Notes: generated by a model not told the origin, from the sequence alone. A stretch of DNA of 64,000 bases from Acidobacteriota bacterium (GCA_011525365.1 WTGQ01000002.1:2524773-2588772); one strand, 5' to 3'; shown: positions 28,987 to 38,920, counted from the first letter of the stretch. Program-made: numbers and translations.

Positions 28987-30102
28987 ATGTCTCCCGTCCA
29001 CTACCAACCCGGCAGCTTCCCGCCAGACGAGCGCCTCGACTGGGCCGAACTCGTACCGCTGATTGGCCCCACCACGGCTGCAATCGCCCGCTACGACGGC
29101 TTACTCGAAGCCGTGCCCAACCCCGATGTCCTGCTTGCGCCGCTCGGAACCCAGGAAGCCGTGCTCTCGTCCCGGATCGAGGGCACTCAGGCTACCGCCC
29201 GCGAGGTCCTAGAGTACGAGGCTGGACAGGAAGCGCCCTCTTCGGAGCGGAGGAACGACTTCGTCGAGGTCCTGAACTACCGACTCGCGATGCGCGAAGC
29301 AGAGCAGTTGCTGAGGAAGCTACCAATCTGCCTCAAAGTCGTTCGGCAAACGCATCGGGTTCTCCTTCGTGGAGCACGCGGCAAAGGGCGCGACCCAGGC
29401 GAGTTCCGCCGGTTACCGAACTGGATCGGCCCCCCCGACTGCACAGTCGAAGAGGCGCGCTTCGTGCCGATCGAGGCCGACAAGCTCATGGCCGGCCTCG
29501 ATCGATGGGAGAAGTACCTCCACGAGGAGACTCGGGACCAGTTAGTTCAGCTCGCTGTCATACACGCCGAGTTCGAGGCTCTGCACCCGTTCCTCGACGG
29601 TAACGGCCGTCTGGGTCGCATGCTCGTGCCTCTCTACCTCGCCGAGAAGAGCCTGATTCGGCGGCCGATGTTCTACATCAGTGCCTTCCTTGAAGCGAAT
29701 CGCGACGCCTACTACGAAGGACTCCTCGCAGTCTCCCGCGATGACGACTGGACAGGCTGGTGCCGCTTCTTCCTAGAGGCCCTGCGCACGCAAGCGGAGG
29801 ACAACATCGCCAAGGCGAGAAGAATCCTGAGTCTGTACGACCGGATGAAGCACCATGTAACCGACCTCACTCACTCCCAGTACGCCATCAGTTCGCTGGA
29901 CTTCATCTTTGAGTCTCCGGCGTTCAGCAGCACACGTTTCATCGCACACGAGAAGGTGCCCGCTCCCGCCGCTCGCCGCATCCTGAACGCACTCCGCGAT
30001 GACGGCGTGTTGAGAACGGTGCTCCCAGCCAGCGGCCGCCGGCCCGCGATCTTCGTCTTCGACGAACTCCTCGAAGTCGCCGAGGGTCGCGCGACCGAGT
30101 AA
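28987..30102 (+). CDS. Fic family protein (class II Fic with an N-terminal inhibitory helix)
   Basis: Fic motif HPFLDGNGRLGRM. Upstream (S/T)xxxE(G/N) inhibitory motif SSRIEG. ATG at 28987. Confidence 0.85.
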   Translation: MSPVHYQPGSFPPDERLDWAELVPLIGPTTAAIARYDGLLEAVPNPDVLLAPLGTQEAVLSSRIEGTQATAREVLEYEAGQEAPSSERRNDFVEVLNYRLAMREAEQLLRKLPICLKVVRQTHRVLLRGARGKGRDPGEFRRLPNWIGPPDCTVEEARFVPIEADKLMAGLDRWEKYLHEETRDQLVQLAVIHAEFEALHPFLDGNGRLGRMLVPLYLAEKSLIRRPMFYISAFLEANRDAYYEGLLAVSRDDDWTGWCRFFLEALRTQAEDNIAKARRILSLYDRMKHHVTDLTHSQYAISSLDFIFESPAFSSTRFIAHEKVPAPAARRILNALRDDGVLRTVLPASGRRPAIFVFDELLEVAEGRATE

Positions 30103-30125
30103 CCTCGCCGACTCAACAAACGCTG

Positions 30126-32985
30126 ATGAGACTAGCTTGGCAGGAGATCCGCCCACGCGCCGCCGCGTTCGCCCGCGACTGGGCCGACGCCGGCTACGAG
30201 AAGGGCGAGACGCAGAGCTTCTACAACGCCTTCTTCCGCATCTTTGGCGTCGAGCGGCGCAGCGTCGCCCGCTACGAGGAGCAGGTCAAGCGGCTGGACG
30301 ACTCGCAGGGGTTCATCGACTTGTTCTGGCCGGGCGTGCTGCTGGTCGAGCAGAAGAGCGCCGGCCGCGATCTCGTGGCGGCGCGCCGTCAGGCGCTGTC
30401 TTACTTCGACGCCCTCCCGGAGCGCGAGCGGCCTCGCTATCTGCTGTTGTGCGACTTCCAGAACTTCGAACTGCTCGACCTGGACGAAGGCGAGGAAGCG
30501 CGGTTCACGCTGGCCGAGTTGCCCTCCAACGTGGAGAAGTTCGGCTTCATCCTCGGGGTCCAGAAGCGGACCTTCCGCGACGAGGACCCGGTCAACGCGG
30601 AGGCCGCGAAGCTGATGGCGGATCTCCACGACCGGCTGCTCGAGGTCGGCTACGGCGGTCGGGAGCTGGAGTTGTTCCTTGTCCGGATCGTGTTCTGCCT
30701 GTTCGCCGACGACACGGGCATCTTCGAGCGGCGCGACATCCTGCTCGAGCTGCTGGAGCAGCGAACCTCACCGGACGGCAGCGACTTGGGCGGCAGGTTG
30801 GCGCATCTCTTCCAGGTCCTGAACACGCCCGAAGCCAGCCGTCAGGCGACCCTGGACGAGGACCTGGCCCGCTTCCCGTACATCAACGGCGACCTGTTCG
30901 CGGAGACCCTGCCGATCGCCGACTTCGACTCCGCGATGCGCAGAGCGCTGCTCGATGCTTGCCGCTTCGACTGGACCGAGATCTCGCCGGCGATCTTCGG
31001 GACGCTGTTTCAGTCGGTCATGGAACCGGAGGAGCAGCGGATCAAGGGCAGCCACTACACGTCGGAGGCGAACGTCCTGAAGGTCATCGAGCCGCTGTTC
31101 CTGGACGACCTGCGGGCCGAGTTCTTGAGGCTCCGGCGGAGCCGAGGCACGCGGCGCAACGCCGAACTCCATGCCTTCCGGCAGCGACTCGGCCGGATGC
31201 GTTTCCTCGATCCGGCCTGCGGTTGCGGCAACTTCCTGGTCATCGCCTACCGGGAACTGCGCCAGCTCGAGATCGAGGTGCTCCGGGAACTCTTCCCGTC
31301 GCGCCAGCTCGGCCTCCTTGCTGACGCTCTGTCCCTCGTGAACGTGGATCAGTTCCACGGCATCGACCTCGACGAGTTCCCGAAACGGATCACGGAGATC
31401 GCGCTCTGGATGATGGACCACATCATGAACAACAGGCTCAGCCTGGAGTTCGGGGAGGCCTACGCGCGGATCCCGCTGGAGAGCTCACCGCAGATCCCTG
31501 CGCGGTGACGCTCTGGAGGTCGACTGGGACGACGTCCTTCCGCCGGAAGAGTGCTCCTTCGTGCTCGGCAATCCGCCCTTCGGCGGTGCCAAGCACCAGA
31601 CCGAGGAACAGCGGGCGCAGGTGCATCGCATCGCGGATCTCGGCAAGAGCGGCGGCACCTTGGACTACGTCACGGCCTGGTTCCTGAAGGCCGGCGAGTA
31701 CCTGCACCAAGGAATCGAGACCCAGCGCCGGTCCAGGGATCCAGCTGCAGCCGCCAATACGGTCCGGCCGCTCCGGATCGGTTTCGTCGCCACGAACTCG
31801 ATCACTCAGGGCGAGCAGGTCGGCCAATTGTGGCCGTTGATCTTCGACCGTCTGGGACTCGAGATCGCTTTCGGCCACCGGACGTTCGCCTGGAAGTCGG
31901 ACATCAAGAAGAAGGCGAACGTCCATGTCGTGATCGTCGGCCTCACGCTAGCGACCGACACCCCCAAGGATCGTCGGTTGTTCTCTTATCCCGACGTCAA
32001 GGGGAGTGCCGAGGAGAGCCGCCACGCTGCGATCTCGCCGTATCTCGTTGACGCCGGCGGACTCGCCGACCCGCATCTCGTCGTGCGGGAGACGGCAGAG
32101 CCGCTCAACGGCTGGCCGCGTCTCGCTAGCGGCAGCCAGCCCATCGACGACAGGAACTACATCTTCACCGACGACCAGCGGGCTACGTTCCTGGAACAAG
32201 AACCCGGGGCCGCGAAGCACTTGCGCCCCTACGTTGGCGGCGGTGACTACATACAGCGCCACTCCCGTTGGATCCTCGCCCTTCAGGACGCCGAGCCAGA
32301 GGAACTAGCAGCCTTGCCCTTCGTGGTGCAGCGGATCAAGGCTGTCAGGGAGTTCAGGTCAAGGAGCAAGAGGAAGGGCACGCTCGCGATCGCCAACTCT
32401 CCCCGAAGCTACAACGTCGAAGTCCTGCCCACGTCGCCCTTCCTCATCGTCCCCGAGGTCAGCTCCGAGCGCCGCGACTACGTGCCGATCGGCTGGCTTG
32501 AACCCCCGACCATCCCGAGCAACACAGCCCGCATCATCGAGAATGCGACCAAGCCGCTCTTCGCCCTGCTGACCTCCGCCATGCACATGGCCTGGCTGCG
32601 CGTGATCGGCGGCCGCCTGGAGAGCAGGTACCGATACTCGATCGGCTTGGTCTACAACCCCTTCCCGGCGCCGGCGGCGGACGCGGAAGTGCTCAACGAG
32701 AAGCTCGCGCCCTTGGCCAACGCCGTACTCGCAGCCCGCGCAGCGCACCCCGGCGCAACGCTGGCCGAACTCTACGACCCGGACCTCATGCCCGACGACC
32801 TCCGCCGCGCCCACCAGGCCATCGACCGTGCCGTCGACCGCCTCTACCGCCCGCGCCGCTTCTTATCGGAGAACGAGCGGCTGGAGCACCTGCTCTCCCT
32901 CTACGAGAAAACGATCGCCCCCATCTCCGCCGCGGCCCAGCCCAAGCGAAAGCGACGCCGCCGGAGGACGGTCGCGCGCAGATAG
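30126..32985 (+). pseudogene. MmeI-family type IIL restriction-modification enzyme (endonuclease-methyltransferase-TRD fusion), disrupted by a frameshift near 31495-31510
   Basis: N-terminal PD-ExK FIDLFWPGVLLVEQKS. Methyltransferase motif I LDPACGCGNFLV. Motif IV GNPPFGG, with the preceding RGDALEVDWDDVL in the +1 frame. The first frame stops at 31506-31508, and the second frame is open upstream through the junction. Confidence 0.65.
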
Positions 32986-33052
32986 CCGGGGTTGGCGTCC
33001 TGGAGCAGTCGCGTTCAGTCGCCGACGGGAGGCTAGAGCTAGAGTCCGGTTC

Positions 33053-34492
33053 ATGTCCCAGCGGCCCCCTGGCACCGAGCCGATTCTCCTCGAGAATGCA
33101 GTGCGGTTGCGCCCGGCCACGGCGGTCGACAGTGGCACCTGCGAACGTGACGTCATCGCGCGGGCGGAGATTCGGCTCCTGCCGAAGCCGGGCCTCGCAC
33201 TCATCGCGGACGACACTCCTTTCCGCCTCGATTCGGCCAAGGAGCCCTGGACCCTGGTTCAACCCAAGACCTCTGGAGAGCTGTTCGACGTCACGCCGCA
33301 ACCATCTCCTTCATCGCCGCCGGAGGACAAACTCAGGCAGTTCTTTGAGATCTTCGAAGCCACCGGCCACGAAACCGTAAGTCGTCAATCGACAGCCGAC
33401 GCAAGGGAACCGACACGGTGGAACCTAGTGTTTCTACCCCGACGTGCGCCCATCGTCGTTGAAAGGCGTCGAGAAGCTGCCAAGCGACTTGAACTCGAGA
33501 TTCTCAACTTCCCCGTCTTCGGGGGTGACGCGACGAAGGCGGTGCAACTCCCTGGCGGAATCTACCGGATCGGCCATCTGGCGGTCGAAGCGGCACCCTG
33601 GAAGATCGAGTTCACCGAGAGGCCCGGGCTAGGCAGCGTCAGGGCGGAGTTGAATGCAAGCCGCGGGTTCGCAACGACCCACGAGGCAAGAATCGACAGA
33701 GCGGACGGCGGTCCAATCGAGAAAGAGGAAGCTCAGCGTCTCTTGGAAGCGCTCGACCGGTTTCTCTCCTTCACGCGAGGAGTCGGATGCGCCACCGCGG
33801 TTGTAAGGGCGTTCTCGGGTGACGACGCCGTCGTCTGGGAACAGTGGGGCTGTCGGCAGGTGGCGCCTTGGCGCCCTGAACCAGACTCCTGGTTCGACTT
33901 GGAGCATGGGCGAGTCCTTGCCGAGGCCTTCTCCGCCTTCCTTCGTACTTGGGAAACGTGCCACGAGAAGCGGGCCGCCCTTCGCGAGGCGATCTACTGG
34001 TACCTCACAGGACACTGGGAGAACAGTCGAGTGGACGGCGGCCTCATCCTGCTACAGGCGGCGATGGAGCGCCTTGCACATACCTTCTACCGCCCGAAGC
34101 GCTGGAAGGGAAAGGAGAGGGAGACAAGCGGGCAGTGGCTTCGGATGGCCCTTGAGCGAGCTGGAATCCCGGTGGAAGCGCCAGCCAGCTTCAAAGCCCT
34201 CGGCACGTTCGCCGACGGCTTGAGCTGCCCGAAGGGAGAGAAAAGAGACGCCGTGTTTGCGATGACGCAGGCGCGAAACAACGCCGTTCACCCAAGGAAG
34301 GAAACGGAAGTCGCGGGCAGCCTCTACTTCCAAGCCTGGACCCTGGCTCGTTCCTTCGTGGAGCTCATGGTACTAAGTGCCATCGGCTACCAAGGCCCCT
34401 TCGCCAATCGCCTGCGGGAGGGAAGGGTGGAACTCGTGCCCTGGGCGCAGACCAAGAAGCTCCAGTCGGCAATCACACACGGCGCCGAGTAG
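33053..34492 (+). CDS. hypothetical protein, 479 aa, with a C-terminal helical domain carrying a HEPN-like RNxxxH motif
   Basis: ATG at 33053. Lies 67 nt after the MmeI-like gene. The motif is AMTQARNNAVHPRKE inside a predicted all-helical C-terminal 180 aa or so. I recognise no family. Local GC (about 59%) is lower than the flanks. Confidence 0.45.
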   Translation: MSQRPPGTEPILLENAVRLRPATAVDSGTCERDVIARAEIRLLPKPGLALIADDTPFRLDSAKEPWTLVQPKTSGELFDVTPQPSPSSPPEDKLRQFFEIFEATGHETVSRQSTADAREPTRWNLVFLPRRAPIVVERRREAAKRLELEILNFPVFGGDATKAVQLPGGIYRIGHLAVEAAPWKIEFTERPGLGSVRAELNASRGFATTHEARIDRADGGPIEKEEAQRLLEALDRFLSFTRGVGCATAVVRAFSGDDAVVWEQWGCRQVAPWRPEPDSWFDLEHGRVLAEAFSAFLRTWETCHEKRAALREAIYWYLTGHWENSRVDGGLILLQAAMERLAHTFYRPKRWKGKERETSGQWLRMALERAGIPVEAPASFKALGTFADGLSCPKGEKRDAVFAMTQARNNAVHPRKETEVAGSLYFQAWTLARSFVELMVLSAIGYQGPFANRLREGRVELVPWAQTKKLQSAITHGAE

Positions 34493-34518
34493 TGGGTCGG
34501 CGATCCCGAGCAGCGGAG

Positions 34519-35421
34519 ATGGCTCTGTGTGCGGAAGACGCGTTGCTCGCCGCCATCGAGATCTACAACAAGCCTCGAGTCGCCTACCGCGAGCAGACGC
34601 TGGCGCTCCTCCTGGTGAATGCCTGGGAGATCCTCCTGAAGGCGCGTGTCGTTCAGATGCACGGCAACAATCTGGCGGCGATCTACAGGCGGGAGCGAGG
34701 GTCCAAGCGATTCAGAAGAGCCAGATCGGGGAGAATCCTCACGGTCAGCCTTAGAGAGGCCGCCGAGAAGGCTCAGGTGGCCGATCAGGTGCGAAGCAAC
34801 CTGGAGGGACTCTGCGAGATCAGGGACGAGGCGGCGCATCTGGGCAACCTAGGGTCCGAGTTCAGGGAACAGACGCTGAAGCTTGGTTCAGCGGCGGTTC
34901 GGAACTTCGTTGTAGCTGTTGGCCGATGGTTTGGCCGGCAGGTTGAGGCACCTCACTTCCTGCCGCTTGGCTTCCTCAATCAAGCGGATCTGGTAAGGCC
35001 GGCCAACGTGCGGCAGAGAGAACTCCTGGACTATCTGAGGAAGCTGACTTCGGACCAGACACCATCGGACTCCGGGTTCACCGTGAGCTTGCGTGTCGAC
35101 GTTCTGCTGAACCCGGAGTTCTCCGGCGGTGGCACGATCGGTGTCACGAACAACCCAGCCGCGCCGAAGGTGCACCTGACGGACACGCAAGCTCTCGAGC
35201 GGTATCCGCTGACGTACGAGGATCTCGTAGAGGAGTGCCGCGCCCTGATTCCGAACCTCAAGCAGAACCAGTCGTTTCACGAGGCGATGAAGACAGTGAA
35301 GAGTGACGCTAACCAAGCGCTCGAGAGGCGGCTGAATCCGCAGAAGCCCGGAGGTACGAGGAAGTTCTTCTACGCCAGGACGGCGCCGGGCCGTCTCCGG
35401 CACCTCCTGCGAGGTGACTGA
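34519..35421 (+). CDS. hypothetical protein, about 300 aa, with an N-terminal four-helix HEPN-like domain (Rx4H: EIRDEAAHLGN)
   Basis: The ORF 34492..35421 overlaps the stop of the upstream gene. The probable start is the ATG at 34519. It has a conserved-looking helix AIEIYNKP...LALLLVNAWEILLKA and an Rx4H motif. I can place it in no named family. Confidence 0.45.
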   Translation: MALCAEDALLAAIEIYNKPRVAYREQTLALLLVNAWEILLKARVVQMHGNNLAAIYRRERGSKRFRRARSGRILTVSLREAAEKAQVADQVRSNLEGLCEIRDEAAHLGNLGSEFREQTLKLGSAAVRNFVVAVGRWFGRQVEAPHFLPLGFLNQADLVRPANVRQRELLDYLRKLTSDQTPSDSGFTVSLRVDVLLNPEFSGGGTIGVTNNPAAPKVHLTDTQALERYPLTYEDLVEECRALIPNLKQNQSFHEAMKTVKSDANQALERRLNPQKPGGTRKFFYARTAPGRLRHLLRGD

Positions 35422-35494
35422 AGTGGCTGGCGCAGCGTTCGGCGTGGTCCGTTGGTCCGCGTAGGGGAGCCAGCCGACGCCGATGCCCGCCGGC

Positions 35495-36577
35495 CTAATC
35501 TCCGCCCGAACCCGTGCTCGCGCCCTGCCCCTTCTTCTCGTAGTACTCCTTCTCCAGCAGCCGGGCGCCGCGGAGGATGTTGCCCATCGCGTAGTTGCCT
35601 TCGTGGCAGGCGTACTCGTAGAGAAGGCCGTCGGTTCCCGGCCAGATGAGTTCGCCGCTATAGGGGGCAGCGTAGTCCGTGTCATGGACGGTGAACCCGT
35701 AGAGCAGGTCCCTCTCGCCGTGGCGGCTGAAGCGCTCGATGACCTTCAGGCCGTCGCGCGGGTCGCTCTGGCTGTCGAGGAAGTTGGTCGTCTCCACGAC
35801 CAGCGTGTCGCCTTCCCACCAGCCGATCGAGTCGCCGCCCATCGAACGGTACTCGGCTGGCGCGTGCTCGGCGTTCAGGCGGACCACCTTCGCCCAATGC
35901 ATCCACTCGACCAGGATCACGACGTGGTCCTCGGTCTGCGTGATCGTCTTCAGGTTGTTGTAGGGCAGTGAACGGACCGGCGTCGTGGCGACGCCGGTGT
36001 AGATGCAGCGGTCTCCGGGAGTCAACGTCTCGGGGCCATCGTAGGGATCGTCCCCGGCCTCGATCCACCAGGCGTCCCCGGTGTTCTTGTAGAGGTACGG
36101 GTTCACCCTGGCCCGCCGCGCCTTGCCGGCCTCGGTCAGTTCCGGCATACGGCCGTTCGGCGGGTCGATGAGGACCGATGTACGGTACTGGCCATCGATC
36201 GGATACGCCTGGTTGCCAAAGTCCAGCCAGAAGAAGTTGTAGCCGCCGACCGCGCCGGACGCGCCCGCGGAACCGTCGCCGCCAGCCGGGGGCGCCTCAC
36301 GGTCCGGGTCGCTGACCGCGTCCGCGCCCGCGCTGGCCGCCGCCATCCCGGCAGCGATCCGCTCCGCTTCCTCCGCGGTCATGAACTGTTTGTCGCCGAA
36401 GCGGGGATCCCGTTCGAACGGTGTCAGGTTGGCGACGTCGTAGTTGCCGGACAGGTCCGGCCGGCCGCTCGCCGTGCGCCGGATGTCGTCATCGCTGGCC
36501 GCCACGGCGGGCGTGGCGAGAAGCGACAGAAAGACGAGAACAACGAACAGGGTGGAGACGTTGCGACGAATCGGCAT
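35495..36577 (-). CDS. secreted hypothetical protein
   Basis: Signal peptide MPIRRNVSTLFVVLVFLSLLATPAVAAS. About 335-aa mature region with no recognisable family. Confidence 0.5.
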   Translation of the reverse strand: MPIRRNVSTLFVVLVFLSLLATPAVAASDDDIRRTASGRPDLSGNYDVANLTPFERDPRFGDKQFMTAEEAERIAAGMAAASAGADAVSDPDREAPPAGGDGSAGASGAVGGYNFFWLDFGNQAYPIDGQYRTSVLIDPPNGRMPELTEAGKARRARVNPYLYKNTGDAWWIEAGDDPYDGPETLTPGDRCIYTGVATTPVRSLPYNNLKTITQTEDHVVILVEWMHWAKVVRLNAEHAPAEYRSMGGDSIGWWEGDTLVVETTNFLDSQSDPRDGLKVIERFSRHGERDLLYGFTVHDTDYAAPYSGELIWPGTDGLLYEYACHEGNYAMGNILRGARLLEKEYYEKKGQGASTGSGGD

Positions 36578-36644
36578 GGTGGCTCTCCTTGCGGGGGAAT
36601 GGCTGCGCCGACACTACCGCAGGAGACCAGCGGAACGACGACGG

Positions 36645-37892
36645 TCAGCGCGGCGGCAGCCAGCCGCGCGGAGGGCGGAAGTACGCCTTGAAGTTCGCTT
36701 CCCGCCGACGCTCCGGGGACAGGTTCTCGAACACCCCGTAGACGAAGGTGCCGTGCTGGTGACTGTGAATCACCGGGTTGCCACGCCAGGCAGCCTCGCC
36801 GATCTCGCACGGCTGCTCCGGGAGACAGCTGCCCCGACTCTCAAGGTCCGCAACCTCGTACTGGAAGCCGATGAACCGCGCCCCGTGAGGCAGAAAGATT
36901 CCCAGGACCTGGCAGGACCGTTCAGGATCGAGGATGGGGCCCAGCAGTTCCTGGACTTCGGTGCGAACCTCATCCGGCAGCAACCGCAGCACGTCGTTAC
37001 CGGTTGGCTCGACGAGCGACCCGGCGTACACCCGAAAACGGACTGGCAACGAGTCCTCGACGATCTTCGCCACCCGCTCCATCCGCTCAACGAGATCAGG
37101 GGCGCAAGCGACGGTTTCGGCCGTTCTCGGCTCGGCGGGCCAGTTGCTCGCCACCGACCACTCGCCGGGGCCGCATTCCGGACAGGCGCCGGCCCGCAGC
37201 AGAGTGCGGTTCGGGAGCAGGCGGACCACCTCCGGTTCGGCCGCCGCCTCGGGTTCGCGCGCCGGTTCGGGCGCCGCGGCAGCAGGCCGCTTCTCCACCG
37301 GCGGGTCCACAACCGGCTGCTCCGCCACCGCCACAGGCTGCGCGGCGGGCGCCTCCGGAGGTTCCGGCGGCGGCTCCACTACCCGCGCCACGTTCTCACT
37401 GCGCAGCCGACGCGCCCGTTGCTCTGCCCGTCGTTCGGCGCGTCGCTGAGCCCGAGTCATCGCTCGCGCCGAGCCCGCGCTGACCGCCGCCGTGTCGACG
37501 CCCAGGCTTGAGTAGCCGACGTTCATCGGCGCCCAGAAGGGACCCGTGCGCTGGCGTGAGGTGAACCCGACCTGCGGCCGCTTCCCGTCTTCCAGCTTCA
37601 GGTAGGAGCTCACGATCATGAACCCCTCGCGCCGCAGTTCGACCTGCCACTCGCCTGCCGACAGACCGCTGACTTCCGCCATTCCGGATGCGTCGGTCAG
37701 CAGCGGCGGCGGTCCGCCAGAGCGATCGGGCTCGGCCAGGAAGACCATGACCGTAACCCCCGGCAACGGCTGCCCGGCGTCATCCGTGACCACCACCTGA
37801 AAGCCGTTGCTCCCGCTCCATTCCTGGGCCGGCGCCGGGGCGGCGGCCGTGAGGACGACCGCCAGCGCCAGGAGGGGCCGGCCGATCGTCAT
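36645..37892 (-). CDS. secreted protein with an N-terminal carboxypeptidase-regulatory-like domain and a Pro/Ala/Glu-rich linker
   Basis: Signal peptide MTIGRPLLALAVVLTAAAPAPAQ. GFQVVVTDDAGQPLPGVTVMVFL beta-sandwich motif. The C-terminal Cys-containing domain is unassigned. Confidence 0.5.
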   Translation of the reverse strand: MTIGRPLLALAVVLTAAAPAPAQEWSGSNGFQVVVTDDAGQPLPGVTVMVFLAEPDRSGGPPPLLTDASGMAEVSGLSAGEWQVELRREGFMIVSSYLKLEDGKRPQVGFTSRQRTGPFWAPMNVGYSSLGVDTAAVSAGSARAMTRAQRRAERRAEQRARRLRSENVARVVEPPPEPPEAPAAQPVAVAEQPVVDPPVEKRPAAAAPEPAREPEAAAEPEVVRLLPNRTLLRAGACPECGPGEWSVASNWPAEPRTAETVACAPDLVERMERVAKIVEDSLPVRFRVYAGSLVEPTGNDVLRLLPDEVRTEVQELLGPILDPERSCQVLGIFLPHGARFIGFQYEVADLESRGSCLPEQPCEIGEAAWRGNPVIHSHQHGTFVYGVFENLSPERRREANFKAYFRPPRGWLPPR

Positions 37893-38140
37893 CCAGGCCT
37901 CTCCGGGGGCGTCACGTTCTTTTCCGGCGGGCGTCGACGATCGCGCCAGGTGCCGGTCATCAGGGTCAGAAGCCCCAGGATCAACTCGTCGACGAAGGGA
38001 AGAACGTCGGGAACGAACAGGTCGATGAGAAAGACGATCGCAAGGACGACGAACAGCTGCGGGAAGCGCAGGCCGCCAAGGAAGGAGAATAGCGACGAGT
38101 TGCTGGAGCCGCGGCTCGGCGTCGTCTGATCGGCCATCAT
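37889..38140 (-). CDS. small membrane protein, 83 aa
   Basis: MMADQTT..., with a single strongly hydrophobic helix FPQLFVVLAIVFLIDLFV. Its stop overlaps the start of the downstream gene by 4 nt. Confidence 0.35.
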   Translation of the reverse strand: MMADQTTPSRGSSNSSLFSFLGGLRFPQLFVVLAIVFLIDLFVPDVLPFVDELILGLLTLMTGTWRDRRRPPEKNVTPPERPG

Positions 38141-38176
38141 TTCGGAGTCTATCTTCGGAGCGCTAACCTCCTCGCC

Positions 38177-38920
38177 GTGAACGAGCCGGCGATCGTCTAC
38201 CCAGCGCTTGCGCTCGCCGGCTGCATCGCAGGCGCCCTGAACGTGGTCGCGGGCGGCGGTTCGTTTCTCACACTGCCGATCCTCATCTTCTTCGGCCTCC
38301 CTCCCGGCGTTGCAAACGGCACGAACCGGGTCGCGATCCTGCTCCAGAACGTCGTCGCCTCCTGGGGCTTCCACCGCCACGGCGTTCTAGACCGGCGGGC
38401 GATCCTGTGGGCGGCCCTGCCGGCAACCGCCGGCGCCGGGCTGGGCGCCTGGGCGGCTCTCATCATCAGCGACGACGCGTTTCGCCGCGTGCTGGCGGCT
38501 CTGATGGTCGTGGTGACCCTCTGGACCCTGATCTCGCGGCGAGCGGAGCCCGAAGAGCAACCAGCGACGCTTCGGGTGGGCCTCCTCGCGCTCGGCTTCT
38601 TCGGCGTCGGCGTCTACGGCGGCTTCGTCCAGGCCGGCGTCGGGTTCTTCATCCTGGCCGCAACCTCGCTGGCCGGCCTGGACCTGGTCCGCGGCAACGC
38701 GGTGAAGGTGCTCAGCATCCTCTGCTTCACCGGCCTCTCACTGCTCCTGTTCGCGCTCTCCGGGCGGGTCGACTGGAGCTTCGGCCTCGCCCTCGCGGTC
38801 GGAAACATGGTCGGCGGCTGGCTGGGCGTGCGGCTCACCGTGCTCAAGGGTCACGCCTGGGTCCAGCGCGTGGTCACCGTCACCGTCGTCCTGTTCGCCG
38901 TCCGCCTCTGGTTCGGCTGA
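38177..38920 (+). CDS. TauE/SafE family sulfite-exporter-like membrane protein (DUF81)
   Basis: Duplicated four-transmembrane-segment repeat with GGGSFLTLPILIFFG and GVGFFILA motifs. Confidence 0.85.
   Translation: MNEPAIVYPALALAGCIAGALNVVAGGGSFLTLPILIFFGLPPGVANGTNRVAILLQNVVASWGFHRHGVLDRRAILWAALPATAGAGLGAWAALIISDDAFRRVLAALMVVVTLWTLISRRAEPEEQPATLRVGLLALGFFGVGVYGGFVQAGVGFFILAATSLAGLDLVRGNAVKVLSILCFTGLSLLLFALSGRVDWSFGLALAVGNMVGGWLGVRLTVLKGHAWVQRVVTVTVVLFAVRLWFG

Noticed and set aside
31480-31520. Possibility that the MmeI-like frameshift is programmed or phase-variable.
   Set aside because: There is only a CCC run with no long homopolymer or slippery heptamer, so pseudogenisation or a sequencing indel is the simpler explanation.
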